From an uncultured Chloroflexia bacterium (GTDB taxonomy: Bacteria; Chloroflexota; Limnocylindria; QHBO01), in contig CAWFCQ010000005.1 of assembly GCA_963814375.1 (NCBI GenBank), forward strand, positions 32,001-96,000: a stretch of DNA of 64,000 nt, given 5' to 3'. This document shows positions 1-9,299 of the stretch, in pieces; within the stretch, counting starts at the first letter, position 1; each line of letters begins with the position of its first letter. The position numbers and the translations under genes were made by a program. The notes beneath the pieces are model-generated. The model ran no database searches. It worked only from the letters and a program-made list of their open reading frames with translations, and was not told the origin of the DNA.

Positions 1-1
1 A

Positions 2-181
2 TGCCATGCGGCGCTGAACGGGACCGTCCCGCTCCGTTGGGGTCTGGACGAGGTCTGGGAGTGGCAGGTGAGGGGCATCGTCATCGGGCTGATCGGAGTT
101 GTCATTCTCGTGCTCGTCAGGAACGGGCCGGTTGGCCCGGCCGGACCGGCCAACTCGTACGACTCAGCATCTGCTGAGTGA
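2..181 (+). CDS. C-terminal end of probable CPBP (CAAX/Abi) intramembrane protease, truncated by window edge
   Basis: Frame 2 reads CHAALNGTVPL...GIVIGLIGVVILVLV...TGA; HxxxN motif followed by a TM helix, as in the next gene. Confidence 0.6.
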   Translation, partial: CHAALNGTVPLRWGLDEVWEWQVRGIVIGLIGVVILVLVRNGPVGPAGPANSYDSASAE

Positions 182-207
182 TCAACTCTCTCGGACGGGA
201 GGATCAG

Positions 208-972
208 ATGGGATCCGTGCTTCGCCGATGGCCACTCGCCAGCTATTTCATCCTTGCCTTCGCGTTCGCGTGGATCCTGATCCCGTTGGTCGCGAACGTC
301 TCGGTGGCGTTTGCTCTCATCGCTCTCTTCGCGCCGGCGCTGGCGGCCATCGTTGTGACCGCTGCCCTCGATGGCTGGAGCGCGGCGCGTCGGCTGATGC
401 GTGATGCTTTCCGGCCGCGCGGATCGCTGATCTGGTACGTGGTGGCGATCCTGCTCCCGTTCGTCCTGGCCGGCATCACGAACCTGGTGAGCCGGACGAT
501 GGGCGCCACGCCTCCGCCGTTCGACGCCTCGGTGCTGCCCATCTCGATAGTGCTGGCCATGCTGGCCATCGGTGAGGAGCTCGGCTGGCGGGGGTTCGCC
601 CTGCCGCGGCTCCAGGCAATTACCCATCCGCTCGTGGCCGCCATCGCGCTGGGGGTGATCTGGGCCGCGTGGCACCTCCCGAACGCCATGATCCCCGGCC
701 TGGAGTATTACGTCACCGCCTTCCCCGTCTTCGCGGCGTATGTGGTGGCCATAACGGTGCTGTTCAGCTGGCTCTACAACAGCGCTCGGAACTCGATCCT
801 CGTGGCGTGGGTCTTCCACGGCGCGATTAACACCGCTCTCGCCGTATTCGCCCTGGAGGACATCGTCGACCAGTTCACGCTCAATGCCCTCGTGTTCGGC
901 GCCGCCGCCGCCGTTGTGGTGATCGCAACCCGCGGTTCGCTCGGACGGACCGGGAGCAGCGGAGTGACTTGA
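208..972 (+). CDS. CPBP family intramembrane glutamic endopeptidase (CAAX protease-like)
   Basis: EELGWRG, WAAWHLP and FHGAIN motifs; multiple TM helices; GGAGG RBS before ATG 208. Confidence 0.9.
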   Translation: MGSVLRRWPLASYFILAFAFAWILIPLVANVSVAFALIALFAPALAAIVVTAALDGWSAARRLMRDAFRPRGSLIWYVVAILLPFVLAGITNLVSRTMGATPPPFDASVLPISIVLAMLAIGEELGWRGFALPRLQAITHPLVAAIALGVIWAAWHLPNAMIPGLEYYVTAFPVFAAYVVAITVLFSWLYNSARNSILVAWVFHGAINTALAVFALEDIVDQFTLNALVFGAAAAVVVIATRGSLGRTGSSGVT

Positions 973-1226
973 GAGCCCGAGGCGCGGCGCACGCCAGCCC
1001 GCCGCGATTTCTAGGTAATCGCGCGAAAGGCAAACTCCGACACTGAAGCAGCCGCGAGCCCGGCCATACCCGCCTCGTGAGCTGGTAGGGAGGATCGGTG
1101 CTTGGGATAGCGGCGGCTTCCGTATGCTGCGCTGGGTCCGCCCGGTCTGCGTCCACAAGAGAGCAGATAACTCGACCGTCTACGCTCCCCTCCACGCTCG
1201 GTGCCACAGCGCATCTGCCGAGATAG

Positions 1227-1265
1227 TCCGAAGTCAGCTGCTCTGATCCACTGAGCTACGGGCGC
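1227..1265 (-). tRNA. 5' half only of tRNA-Arg(TCG), interrupted at the 3' end of the anticodon loop
   Basis: Minus strand GCGCCCG-TA-GCTC-AGTGGATCA-GAGC-A-GCTGA-CT-TCG-GA gives acceptor 5' strand, D arm, anticodon stem 5' strand and loop; the expected TCAGC, T arm and CCA do not follow. Confidence 0.8.
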
Positions 1266-1326
1266 ACGTTCACGCTCGGAGAGAGCGGAAAAATCGATTC
1301 CGCATCAGCTACAGCTAGCGGAACCG

Positions 1327-2418
1327 TCAGTCGGTTGGGCCTTCCGGTGATCCCATAAGGTCCAGCGCGGTCACGGTCTCTTTGGCCATCTCCCTCACGA
1401 GCTCTGCGGCTGGCAGCCGGCGGGACAGGCGCACTCCTTGGCCCGCCCACAGGGACAGGTAGTCGGCACGATCCTGGGTTGCCGCGGCGGCCCGTGCCGG
1501 ACGAGTCAGCGCGTTCTGGAGCGGGAAGGGAAGGATCGCCTCGGCATCGGCGTCGATGCCGGCCATCAGATCGTTGACGATCCCGCGCGCAGGGCGTCCA
1601 GAAAACGCACGCGTGACCCTCGTCTGATCCTCGCGGGCGTCGACGATCGCTTGCTTGTATGACGCGGGGATCCCGGCCTCGTCGCAGGTGAGAAAGGCGG
1701 TGCCAAGCTGGGCGGCCTCGGCTCCGAGAGCCAATGCCGCTGCGATCCCTCTGCCGTCCATGATGCCGCCTGAGGCGATCACCGGGACGCTGACGGCGTC
1801 GACCACCTGAGGAATGAGTGCCATCGTCCCGATCATGGCGGCCTCGAAGCTCAGACCGAACGTACCGCGATGGGCACCGGCCTCGCTGCCTTGCGCCACG
1901 ATGGCGTCGACGCCGGCCGCCTCCAGGGCGCTCGCTTCGTCGACCGTCGTGGCCGTGCCGATGACGAAGAGGCCGCGCGCCTTGACCTCCTCGACCGCAC
2001 CCGGCGGGAGCAACCCGAAGGTGAAGCTGAAGACCGACGCTTCGGTCTCCAGGACCGCCTGGAGTTGATCAGCGAAGGCGAGATCGCTGGGTGCGGAAAG
2101 TGACGGCGGCGCGATGCCGAGCTCGGCATGGACGCCCTTCAGGACCTCGACCATACGCCCCGCGTCTCCGGATGAGTCGGGCATCGGCTGCGGCGCGAAG
2201 AGGTTGAGGCCGAACGGGCGATCGGTGCGCGTTCTGACTGCGGCCGCGGTCTCACGGATCGCGTCGGGGGATGAATAGGCGCAACCGAGAAAGCCCAGCG
2301 CTCCGGCGCGGCATACGGCCGTGACGAGGTCGACCGTAGTCGCGCCGCCCGCCATCGGAGCCTGAATAATGGGATGCTCGATGCCGAGACGTCGCACCAG
2401 CGCGGATTCACGCAGCAT
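1327..2418 (-). CDS. Nitronate monooxygenase family flavoprotein
   Basis: PIIQAPMAGG, QGSEAGAHRG, ASGGIMDGRG, TRAFSGRPARG and SLWAGQ motifs. Confidence 0.93.
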   Translation of the reverse strand: MLRESALVRRLGIEHPIIQAPMAGGATTVDLVTAVCRAGALGFLGCAYSSPDAIRETAAAVRTRTDRPFGLNLFAPQPMPDSSGDAGRMVEVLKGVHAELGIAPPSLSAPSDLAFADQLQAVLETEASVFSFTFGLLPPGAVEEVKARGLFVIGTATTVDEASALEAAGVDAIVAQGSEAGAHRGTFGLSFEAAMIGTMALIPQVVDAVSVPVIASGGIMDGRGIAAALALGAEAAQLGTAFLTCDEAGIPASYKQAIVDAREDQTRVTRAFSGRPARGIVNDLMAGIDADAEAILPFPLQNALTRPARAAAATQDRADYLSLWAGQGVRLSRRLPAAELVREMAKETVTALDLMGSPEGPTD

Positions 2419-2599
2419 GACCGCTCCCCTTGTTGTTGCAGAAAGGCGTCGCCTACGCCCCTGTCAAGTTTCTCCCAGGCGACAAGGGAGCCGCCGCTAG
2501 TCCATTCGTGCCAGGAGGGCTTCGCAGCGGCTCCGGGCGACCGGCACAGGTGATGCGGTAGACGCCGGGTCGTCTGCAAACCCGAAAGGGAGTGCTCCT

Positions 2600-3151
2600 A
2601 TGCGCCGCATCGTCGTCGCTCTACCATTGGCAGCCCTGCTCGTCATGCTGACTGCGACCGCGGTCCTCGCCCAGAACGCGAGTGTGACCATCACCAATCT
2701 GATCTGTCCCACGGGCTACAGCGGAACCAACCACGCTGCCGATTGCATGGGCGTCGCTGATCCGCCGCTTCCGTTCGAGATCACCGGCCCGGCAAGCGCG
2801 GATGGACAGACGGACGCCACAGGGACTGTCGTGTTCGAGGGCCTGCCAGCGGGCACGTATACGGTCACCGGTGGCGCCCCAGGCGACTTCGCCGCGGCAG
2901 TCATCGAGTGCGAAGGACAGGAGTCCATATCCCAGGACGGGGTCATCCTGACCCTGGAGATCGCCGCGGACGCGGCCGTGGCGTGCAGCTGGTGGAATGT
3001 CCCCGAGGACACGTCCGGCATGCCGCCCACCACGGCGATGGCGGTGGACCCGCCAGCTGGCTCTGCGCTCCTGGGCATGCTGATGGTGCTGCTGTCCATC
3101 TCGATGCTCGCCCGAGCTGCGCGCTCTCGCCGGTCCGTCGCCCGGTCCTGA
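2600..3151 (+). CDS. Secreted/membrane-anchored protein with beta-sandwich (prealbumin/Cna-B-like) domain
   Basis: Signal peptide, TDATG..F.GL.AGTYTV motif, Cys pairs, C-terminal TM plus basic tail. Confidence 0.6.
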   Translation: MRRIVVALPLAALLVMLTATAVLAQNASVTITNLICPTGYSGTNHAADCMGVADPPLPFEITGPASADGQTDATGTVVFEGLPAGTYTVTGGAPGDFAAAVIECEGQESISQDGVILTLEIAADAAVACSWWNVPEDTSGMPPTTAMAVDPPAGSALLGMLMVLLSISMLARAARSRRSVARS

Positions 3152-3456
3152 GACATCGCTCGGCTCCACGGCTACTTGCTTCCCTTCCGGCGGCCCCGTT
3201 CGCAGTTGGCGACGTGCGCTAGGTCCGGTTTTACCCGACCCTTGCCGTAGAGTTGCGAACGAGCCGCCGGTTCAACTGGGTTCCCCCCGCAGTCTGTCCG
3301 GCGGCTCATTCCCCCCTGCCGGTGTCTCTTTGCACCGGTCCTGCCATCGGCATGCCGGTTGCATGACGCACTTGCGCGTCGCGATCCGTTCGCGACTGCG
3401 CGCGCCGAGCGCTGAGGGTGTCGCGGGAGAGTTGGCGGCCCTCGTAGGATCCCCGC

Positions 3457-4677
3457 ATGGGCCTCACCCGGCGTGCCGTGCAGCGGCTGGTCTCCATTGG
3501 CGATGAGCCCTCGGACGATGACGATCTGCGGCTGCGCAAGCGGGTCGGGGTCCTGGCGGGAATCGCAACGATCTTCGCGCCGCTGACGTTGCCGATCCAG
3601 ACCCAGGGTCAGCCCGTCAGCTACGTGCTCGGGATCGGGCTGGCCCTCTTCAGCGTCGTCAATCTCGGGGTGCTGGCGGCGACGCACCGATTCGACAGGT
3701 ACCTCATCGGCCTGATCGCCGCTGGCACGGTGTTCGTGCCAGCAGCCCACCTGGTCGGGGGCGGCATCACCGGGACCAGCCCGGGGCTGGTGTGGGCGTT
3801 CCTCGTGCCCGCCTACGCGATCATGGCCCTGGGCCCCCGTCGAGCCCTTCCCTGGTTCGCAGCATTTCTGGTCAGCGTGTTGTTCATGGTTGTGCTCGAC
3901 CCATGGGCACGCGACACCTTCGGCGAAGGCCCGTACCCCTTCCGAGTGCTCGGCTGGACAACGAATGTCGTCCTTCCGCTCACGATCGTGTTCGTACTGT
4001 TGCGGTTCACCGATCTCCGTCGCCGGGCGGCGGAGGCCCGTGCGGACGAGCTCCTCGTGAATGCGATCCCGGCCTCAATCGCGGCTCGGCTCAAGCACGG
4101 CGAGGAGCGGATAGCTGAGCATTATCCGGAGACGACCGTCCTGTTCGCCGACGTCGCCGGCTTCACGCCATGGGCGAATCGAACGGATGCTGTTCGGGTT
4201 GTCGGCCTGCTCGAGGACCTCTTCACGCGCTTCGACGGCGTGGCGTTCGAGACCGGGATTGAGAAGCTCAAGACGATGGGCGATGCGTACATGGCGGTCG
4301 CCGGAGCCCCGCAAAAGGTTGAGGACCATGCCGCTGCCGCCCTCCGAGCGGCGCGAGGCATGCTGGCGGCGGCCGCGACCTGGCGGGAAGTGCACCGGGA
4401 GGAGCTGGAATTGCGCATCGGCATCGCCAGCGGGCCAGTGGTTGGTGGCGTCATCGGGGGCCAGCGGATCCTGTTCGATCTTTGGGGCGACACGGTCAAC
4501 ACGGCGGCCCGGATGCAGACGAGCGGCATCCCGGGCCGCATCCAAGTCGCGGCGTCGACGATGCAGCTGACAGCAGGGCCGTTCCAGTTCGAGGAGCGCG
4601 TGGTTGACGTGAAGGGCCTCGGGCGGCTCAGCGTCTATCTCCTCGAGGATCACGTCCGCGGGAAGGGCGAGAGGTAG
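3457..4677 (+). CDS. Membrane-bound class III adenylate cyclase
   Basis: About 6 TM helices, then FADVAGFT, KLKTMGDAYM, RIGIASG, FDLWGDTVNTAARM; K/D pair indicates ATP specificity. Confidence 0.92.
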   Translation: MGLTRRAVQRLVSIGDEPSDDDDLRLRKRVGVLAGIATIFAPLTLPIQTQGQPVSYVLGIGLALFSVVNLGVLAATHRFDRYLIGLIAAGTVFVPAAHLVGGGITGTSPGLVWAFLVPAYAIMALGPRRALPWFAAFLVSVLFMVVLDPWARDTFGEGPYPFRVLGWTTNVVLPLTIVFVLLRFTDLRRRAAEARADELLVNAIPASIAARLKHGEERIAEHYPETTVLFADVAGFTPWANRTDAVRVVGLLEDLFTRFDGVAFETGIEKLKTMGDAYMAVAGAPQKVEDHAAAALRAARGMLAAAATWREVHREELELRIGIASGPVVGGVIGGQRILFDLWGDTVNTAARMQTSGIPGRIQVAASTMQLTAGPFQFEERVVDVKGLGRLSVYLLEDHVRGKGER

Positions 4678-4808
4678 AGCGAAACGACGTCGCGGTAGGC
4701 CGTGTACTCAGGGCCTAATCGATGGCTCTGAAGGTATCTCAAGGCCCGCTTGAGCTGTGCCACAGCGTTGGGACCGGTCTGAGTCCGCAGACTGCGATCG
4801 GGTTCCGG

Positions 4809-5345
4809 CTAGCGGGGGTCGACATTCTCCTCCCCCACCGGAGCCTGGAAGGTGAAGCGCGTCGCCGATGTGTTGAACCGCCGCACGTCGAAGGCGATCA
4901 GCTTCGTCGGGCGCGCCCGGAAAATTGGTCCATTCACGTATTGCGCCACGGGTGGCCGATAGTCGAAGTCCGCCCCGTACTTCGCCGCGTATTGGCGCGC
5001 GATCCTGGCAGCGACGTCGCGCTCGAGACCTCCGGCGACGTCCACCACCGCCTGGCCGTACGCGGCCCGATCGCCGACCTGCACTCCGAAGGCGAGCCGC
5101 GGGTCACGCGCGAGGTTGCGTGCCCACCGGGTCCGGTCGCTTCCCTCGAAGTAGAGAGTGTCGTCGACCCAGGCGCACCACTGCTCGACGAGATGAGGCG
5201 CTCCATCCGCGCCGGTGGTCGAGATCCAGAGGTATCGCGCGGTGCGCAACATGCGCTGCACGGCGGCCCAGGTCAGCATCCCCTTCGGTGCACGGGTGAT
5301 GTACCCCGGCGGAAGTTGTGGCCGATCGCGTTTCGGGGTGGTCAT
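4809..5345 (-). CDS. Pyridoxamine 5'-phosphate oxidase-like (split-barrel flavin/F420-binding) protein
   Basis: WISTT..DG.PH and RWARNLARDPR motifs; start placed from TACGAT-N7-ATG. Confidence 0.8.
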   Translation of the reverse strand: MTTPKRDRPQLPPGYITRAPKGMLTWAAVQRMLRTARYLWISTTGADGAPHLVEQWCAWVDDTLYFEGSDRTRWARNLARDPRLAFGVQVGDRAAYGQAVVDVAGGLERDVAARIARQYAAKYGADFDYRPPVAQYVNGPIFRARPTKLIAFDVRRFNTSATRFTFQAPVGEENVDPR

Positions 5346-5402
5346 GCCTGACATCGTATCGGCCAAGGCCTGTCCAGGACGATCGCTGCCGGCCGCGTCC
5401 CG

Positions 5403-6515
5403 TCATGACGCGCGTGTCATCGCCAGGACATGCTCGCCGATCGCCAAGGACGCGGTGAGGCCCGGCGACTCGATGCCGAAGAGATGAATCAGGCCCGGGA
5501 TGCGGTGCCTCTCGGGACCGTGGAAGGTGAAGTCCTGCGCCGGCGCACCTGGCGGCACGATCTTCGGCCGGATGCCGGCAAAGTCGGGGTGCAGTGCGCC
5601 GTCCTTCAGGCCCGGCCAGTATCGGCGCACCGCAGCGTAGAATCCGTCGCCGCGCGAGGGGTCGACGGCGTAGTCGATCTCGTCGATCCATTCGACGTCG
5701 GGGCCGAACCGCGCCTGGCCACCCAGATCGACCGTGATGTGGACCCCCAGTCCGCCAGGCACCGGCACCGGGTAGATCAGCCTCGAGAAGGGCGATGGAC
5801 CGCTCAAGCGGAAGTAGTTGCCCTTGGCGTAGTAGGCGGTCGGGAGCGTGTCGTACATCGCGCCGTCAATCCGACGTGCCAAATCGGGCGCGCGCAGCCC
5901 TGCGCTGTTCACCAGCAGGCGCGCGCGCAAAGTGATCGGAGGCCCGCCGCCGACGTCGATCTCGAGGCCCCCGTCGGCGACGCGACCGCGCTCCATCGGG
6001 CTGTGAAAGGCGATGATCGTGCCGGCGGCCTCGGCGTCGCTGCGCAGCGCTGCCATGAGGCGGTGGCTGTCGACGATGCCGGTGGCCGGCGAGAGCAACG
6101 CGCCCGTGCAACTGAGCTCCGGCTCGATCGCCGTCGCTTCGGCAGCGTCGAGGAGGCGCATGCCCTCGACGCCATTGGCCTCGGCGCGTGCTTTGATCGA
6201 GACGAGGGTCTCGGTCTCGGGCACCGTCGTGGCGACGATCAGCTTGCCGCACCTGTTGTAGGGCACGCCGCGGTCGTCGCAGTACCGATACAGCATGCGC
6301 CGACCTTGAACGCAGAGCCGCGCCATGTTGCTGCCCTTGGGATAGTAGATGCCGGCGTGCACTATTTCGCTGTTGCGGGATGACGTCTCGGTGCCGATGG
6401 TCTCGTGGGCTTCAAGTACGATCACCTCCCGCCCGGCCATCGCCAGCGCACGCGCCACCGCCAGGCCGACGACTCCAGCACCGACCACGACGGAGTCAAC
6501 CGTCTCGTACGCCAC
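5403..6515 (-). CDS. FAD-dependent oxidoreductase, L-2-hydroxyglutarate oxidase-like
   Basis: [38 protein letters not shown]; start GTG 6515 (TACAGT-N7). Confidence 0.88.
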   Translation of the reverse strand: MAYETVDSVVVGAGVVGLAVARALAMAGREVIVLEAHETIGTETSSRNSEIVHAGIYYPKGSNMARLCVQGRRMLYRYCDDRGVPYNRCGKLIVATTVPETETLVSIKARAEANGVEGMRLLDAAEATAIEPELSCTGALLSPATGIVDSHRLMAALRSDAEAAGTIIAFHSPMERGRVADGGLEIDVGGGPPITLRARLLVNSAGLRAPDLARRIDGAMYDTLPTAYYAKGNYFRLSGPSPFSRLIYPVPVPGGLGVHITVDLGGQARFGPDVEWIDEIDYAVDPSRGDGFYAAVRRYWPGLKDGALHPDFAGIRPKIVPPGAPAQDFTFHGPERHRIPGLIHLFGIESPGLTASLAIGEHVLAMTRAS

Positions 6516-6626
6516 GGCGCGCACTGTAGCGGCAATGCCGACGTCTGAGCGGTTCGAGCGGTTGGCTCGCCAACGCCTGGGCTCGGCCGGCTTGTGCTCC
6601 CATCCTGGACGTGTCACGTTTCGCGG

Positions 6627-7679
6627 ATGCTCTCTGCCGATGCTCTGACCGCTCTCGACACCCAGCTTGAGCGATGGAGCCGAGAACGGGATTACTCCGG
6701 CACGGTCCTCTTGACGCGGGCGGGCTCCACCATCTTCGAGCGCTGCTATGGGCTGGCCGATCGGGCTGCGGGTATCCCGATCACAGCGGAGACTCGGTTC
6801 GGGTTGGCGTCGGTGACGAAGCTGTTCACAGCCGTTGCGATCGCCGATTGCGTTTCGGCCGGGCTGCTGCGATTCGATGATGCGGTGGCGGACCTGCTGC
6901 CGGCCGGACGCCGCCCGACGACCCTGCGCTCCGACGTGACGGTGCATCACCTCCTCACGCATACGTCGGGAATCGCCGACTACTGCGAGGAGGACGAGGA
7001 CTCGCCGGGCTACGTCGAGGACTACGGCGCGCTCTGGGACGACCTGCCGAACTACAGCATGCTGCGGCCGGTCGACTTCCTGCCGCTCTTCGGGGATCGT
7101 CCGCCCTACCGACCTCCCGGCCAGAAGTGGCAGTACTCGAACGCCGGGTATGTCGTGCTCGGCCTCGTCATCGAGGAGGTGTCGGGGCAGCCGTACACGG
7201 ACTTCGTCCAGAAGCGCGTCTTCGACCGTGCGGGGATGACGTCATCCGGGTTCTTCCGCCTGGACGAGGCTCGTCCGAGCGTCGCGATCGGCTATCTGCC
7301 GCGACCATCGCCGGACGCGCCCTGCAGATCGAACATCTACCGGACGCCGGTGATCGGCGGCGCCGATGGCGGCGCATTCAGCACGAGCCGTGATCTCGAC
7401 CTCTTCCTTCATCGGATCGCCGATGGAACGCTGCTGGGACCGCTGCAGGACGTCGTTCTCGCACGGCACGCTGACGCCGGCGAGGGCTTCCATAGCGGCT
7501 ACGGCTTCCTCCACCATCCGGACGGCCGGTACGGCCACGAAGGTGGCGACCCCGGCGTCGAGGCATTCGCCGAGCGCTTCCCGGACGACGAGGTCAACCT
7601 GGTCGTCCTCTGCAATATGGAGGGGCTCTCCGACGATGTGCGAGATGCCCTCGTGGAAGCGTGGCGAGGGACCGCCTAA
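6627..7679 (+). CDS. Serine hydrolase, beta-lactamase class C-like family
   Basis: SVTK (SxxK), [11 protein letters not shown] and GHEGG motifs. Confidence 0.9.
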   Translation: MLSADALTALDTQLERWSRERDYSGTVLLTRAGSTIFERCYGLADRAAGIPITAETRFGLASVTKLFTAVAIADCVSAGLLRFDDAVADLLPAGRRPTTLRSDVTVHHLLTHTSGIADYCEEDEDSPGYVEDYGALWDDLPNYSMLRPVDFLPLFGDRPPYRPPGQKWQYSNAGYVVLGLVIEEVSGQPYTDFVQKRVFDRAGMTSSGFFRLDEARPSVAIGYLPRPSPDAPCRSNIYRTPVIGGADGGAFSTSRDLDLFLHRIADGTLLGPLQDVVLARHADAGEGFHSGYGFLHHPDGRYGHEGGDPGVEAFAERFPDDEVNLVVLCNMEGLSDDVRDALVEAWRGTA

Positions 7680-7775
7680 GCGAGCGGGATACGGGGAGAG
7701 CAGCTGACCTCGGAGCTGGCACACCGATTGCTTCGCGGGCGGCGGCGGTGACAACCAGTGGAGGGGGTTGACAGC

Positions 7776-8003
7776 ATGGCTCTTCTACCTGCCGCGGCGG
7801 CCACTGGCCTGCCCGGAAGGGCGCTGCTCCGGCGGCTGATGATCATCTGCCCGATCACGGGGCTGGCGACGGACACTGGATTCGAACTGTATGAAATCCC
7901 CCGAGCTGCCCGAAGCCCCCAGACCTTGATCGATTGCCTCGAATGCGGCCAGGACCATTCCTGGCGCATCGAGGACGCAGTGGTCGACCGCTCGTTTGAG
8001 TGA
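7776..8003 (+). CDS. Small Cys-rich (zinc-ribbon-like) hypothetical protein
   Basis: CPITG...CLECGQDHSW pattern; GGAGGG RBS. Confidence 0.6.
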   Translation: MALLPAAAATGLPGRALLRRLMIICPITGLATDTGFELYEIPRAARSPQTLIDCLECGQDHSWRIEDAVVDRSFE

Positions 8004-8027
8004 CGTAACTGGCGAGGACGGGTACCG

Positions 8028-8387
8028 ATGAGCGTTCGGAAGGTTTGGCAAAACTATGGACTCAGCATCACCCTCGCCGCCCTGTTTCTGGTGAGCCTTG
8101 CACTCCAGACGTGGATGGGCTGGGAAGACTTTGCCGCCGAGCAACAAGCGCATGGACAAGCGCCGGCGGCTTTCGGAGAAGGCGGCTACTTTTGGCGATG
8201 GGGCGAGGCGACGTTCGAGAATTGGCAGTCCGAGTTCCTGCAGCTGTTCACGTTCGTGGTGCTGACCGCGTTCCTCGTGCACCGCAGGAGCCACGAATCG
8301 CCCGATACCGACTACGACACCGAAGCATCCTTGCGTCGCATCGAGGCCAAGATCGACCAGCTTGAGAGGCGGAGCGCGGATCAATGA
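8028..8387 (+). CDS. Small membrane protein (DUF6766-like)
   Basis: TFENWQSEFLQL motif, two TM segments. Confidence 0.75.
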   Translation: MSVRKVWQNYGLSITLAALFLVSLALQTWMGWEDFAAEQQAHGQAPAAFGEGGYFWRWGEATFENWQSEFLQLFTFVVLTAFLVHRRSHESPDTDYDTEASLRRIEAKIDQLERRSADQ

Positions 8388-8539
8388 GCGACGAGAAGAT
8401 CACTGACCTTAGGGTCCGGAGCGAGCATTTGGCTGAGGTAAACCCGCCCGCTCATTGGGCCTATCTCTTCGGTGTCTTGCTGGGCGGCCTCGCGCTGATG
8501 GTGCTGCTCATGGCATGGCTAGGAGCTGGATCAGCGTAG
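8384..8539 (+). CDS. 51-aa single-TM protein (not in ORF track)
   Basis: ATGA overlap with upstream stop; MSDEKITDLRVRSEHLAEVNPPAHWAYLFGVLLGGLALMVLLMAWLGAGSA. Confidence 0.6.
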   Translation: MSDEKITDLRVRSEHLAEVNPPAHWAYLFGVLLGGLALMVLLMAWLGAGSA

Positions 8540-8773
8540 TCCATCTCGGCGGCGCGGCCATCCCTGGTCAACAGGAGATTGAGCAGGCAGGCCGACGGCG
8601 CGTGGCTCGGTCGCTATCAGCGCAGCAGCCGGCGCCAGGCGCCCACAAGCCCACCCGCGAGGAGCGCGCTTCGTAGCGGGTGACGGACGAAGCTGCGCCC
8701 GAATGCCCGCCAGTCCGCGCCATCACCACGAACCATTCCAGCCGGCCTGGCGCAAGGTCGTCCTGATACCCAA

Positions 8774-9244
8774 CTAGGGTTCTGCTGCCTGAGGTCTCGA
8801 GATCAGAACGACCGCGGCGATGATCATCAACGCTCCCCAAGCCATGAAGCCAACGTCGTAGGCGAACTGGTCCGGACCCGGTCGAACGTGATGTACGCCG
8901 AGGATGTGATGGTCGATGGCGCCCTCAACGACGTTGAAGGTGCCCCAACCGGCGAGGAGACCGCCGACGAGGTGGGACCAGCCGAACGAGGTGCCGCCCC
9001 GGAGGAGGCCCCAGAGAAGGAACACGCCTACGCACGTGAAGAACCAGGCGGAAGCGTGGAATACGCCGTCGGCAACCGTGTTGACCTCGAGGTTCGCCAA
9101 CGAGTCCGGCGGTGTGTGAGCGGAAAGCATGTGGTGCCACTGCAGAATCTGGTGCAGGACGATGCCGTCGAAGAGGCCACCCAGTCCGAGCCCCAACACG
9201 AACGGGGCGATCAGGGTTCGCCTGGATGACTCGGAGGTCGACAC
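8774..9244 (-). CDS. DUF2243 family membrane protein
   Basis: GGLFDGIVLHQILQWHHM, DGVFH and DHHILGVHHVR motifs. Confidence 0.88.
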   Translation of the reverse strand: MSTSESSRRTLIAPFVLGLGLGGLFDGIVLHQILQWHHMLSAHTPPDSLANLEVNTVADGVFHASAWFFTCVGVFLLWGLLRGGTSFGWSHLVGGLLAGWGTFNVVEGAIDHHILGVHHVRPGPDQFAYDVGFMAWGALMIIAAVVLISRPQAAEP

Positions 9245-9299
9245 GAATTCGGGCTGTTGCAGAAACGGTACCGCCTCATCTCAAGCGCTTGACGCCTCA

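Noticed and set aside
970-1010. Possible decayed 3' half of the split tRNA (minus strand ...TGGCG-TGCGCCG-CGCCT-CGGGCTC-T-CAA), which would imply a ~220-nt intron
   Set aside because: Spacing fits, but there is no TTCRA T loop, no TCAGC anticodon stem and no CCA; likely chance in GC-rich DNA
1160-1232. Group I intron R/S-like words (GCAGATAACTCGAC, GAGATAGTCC)
   Set aside because: They are on the strand opposite the tRNA and P7 pairing cannot be formed
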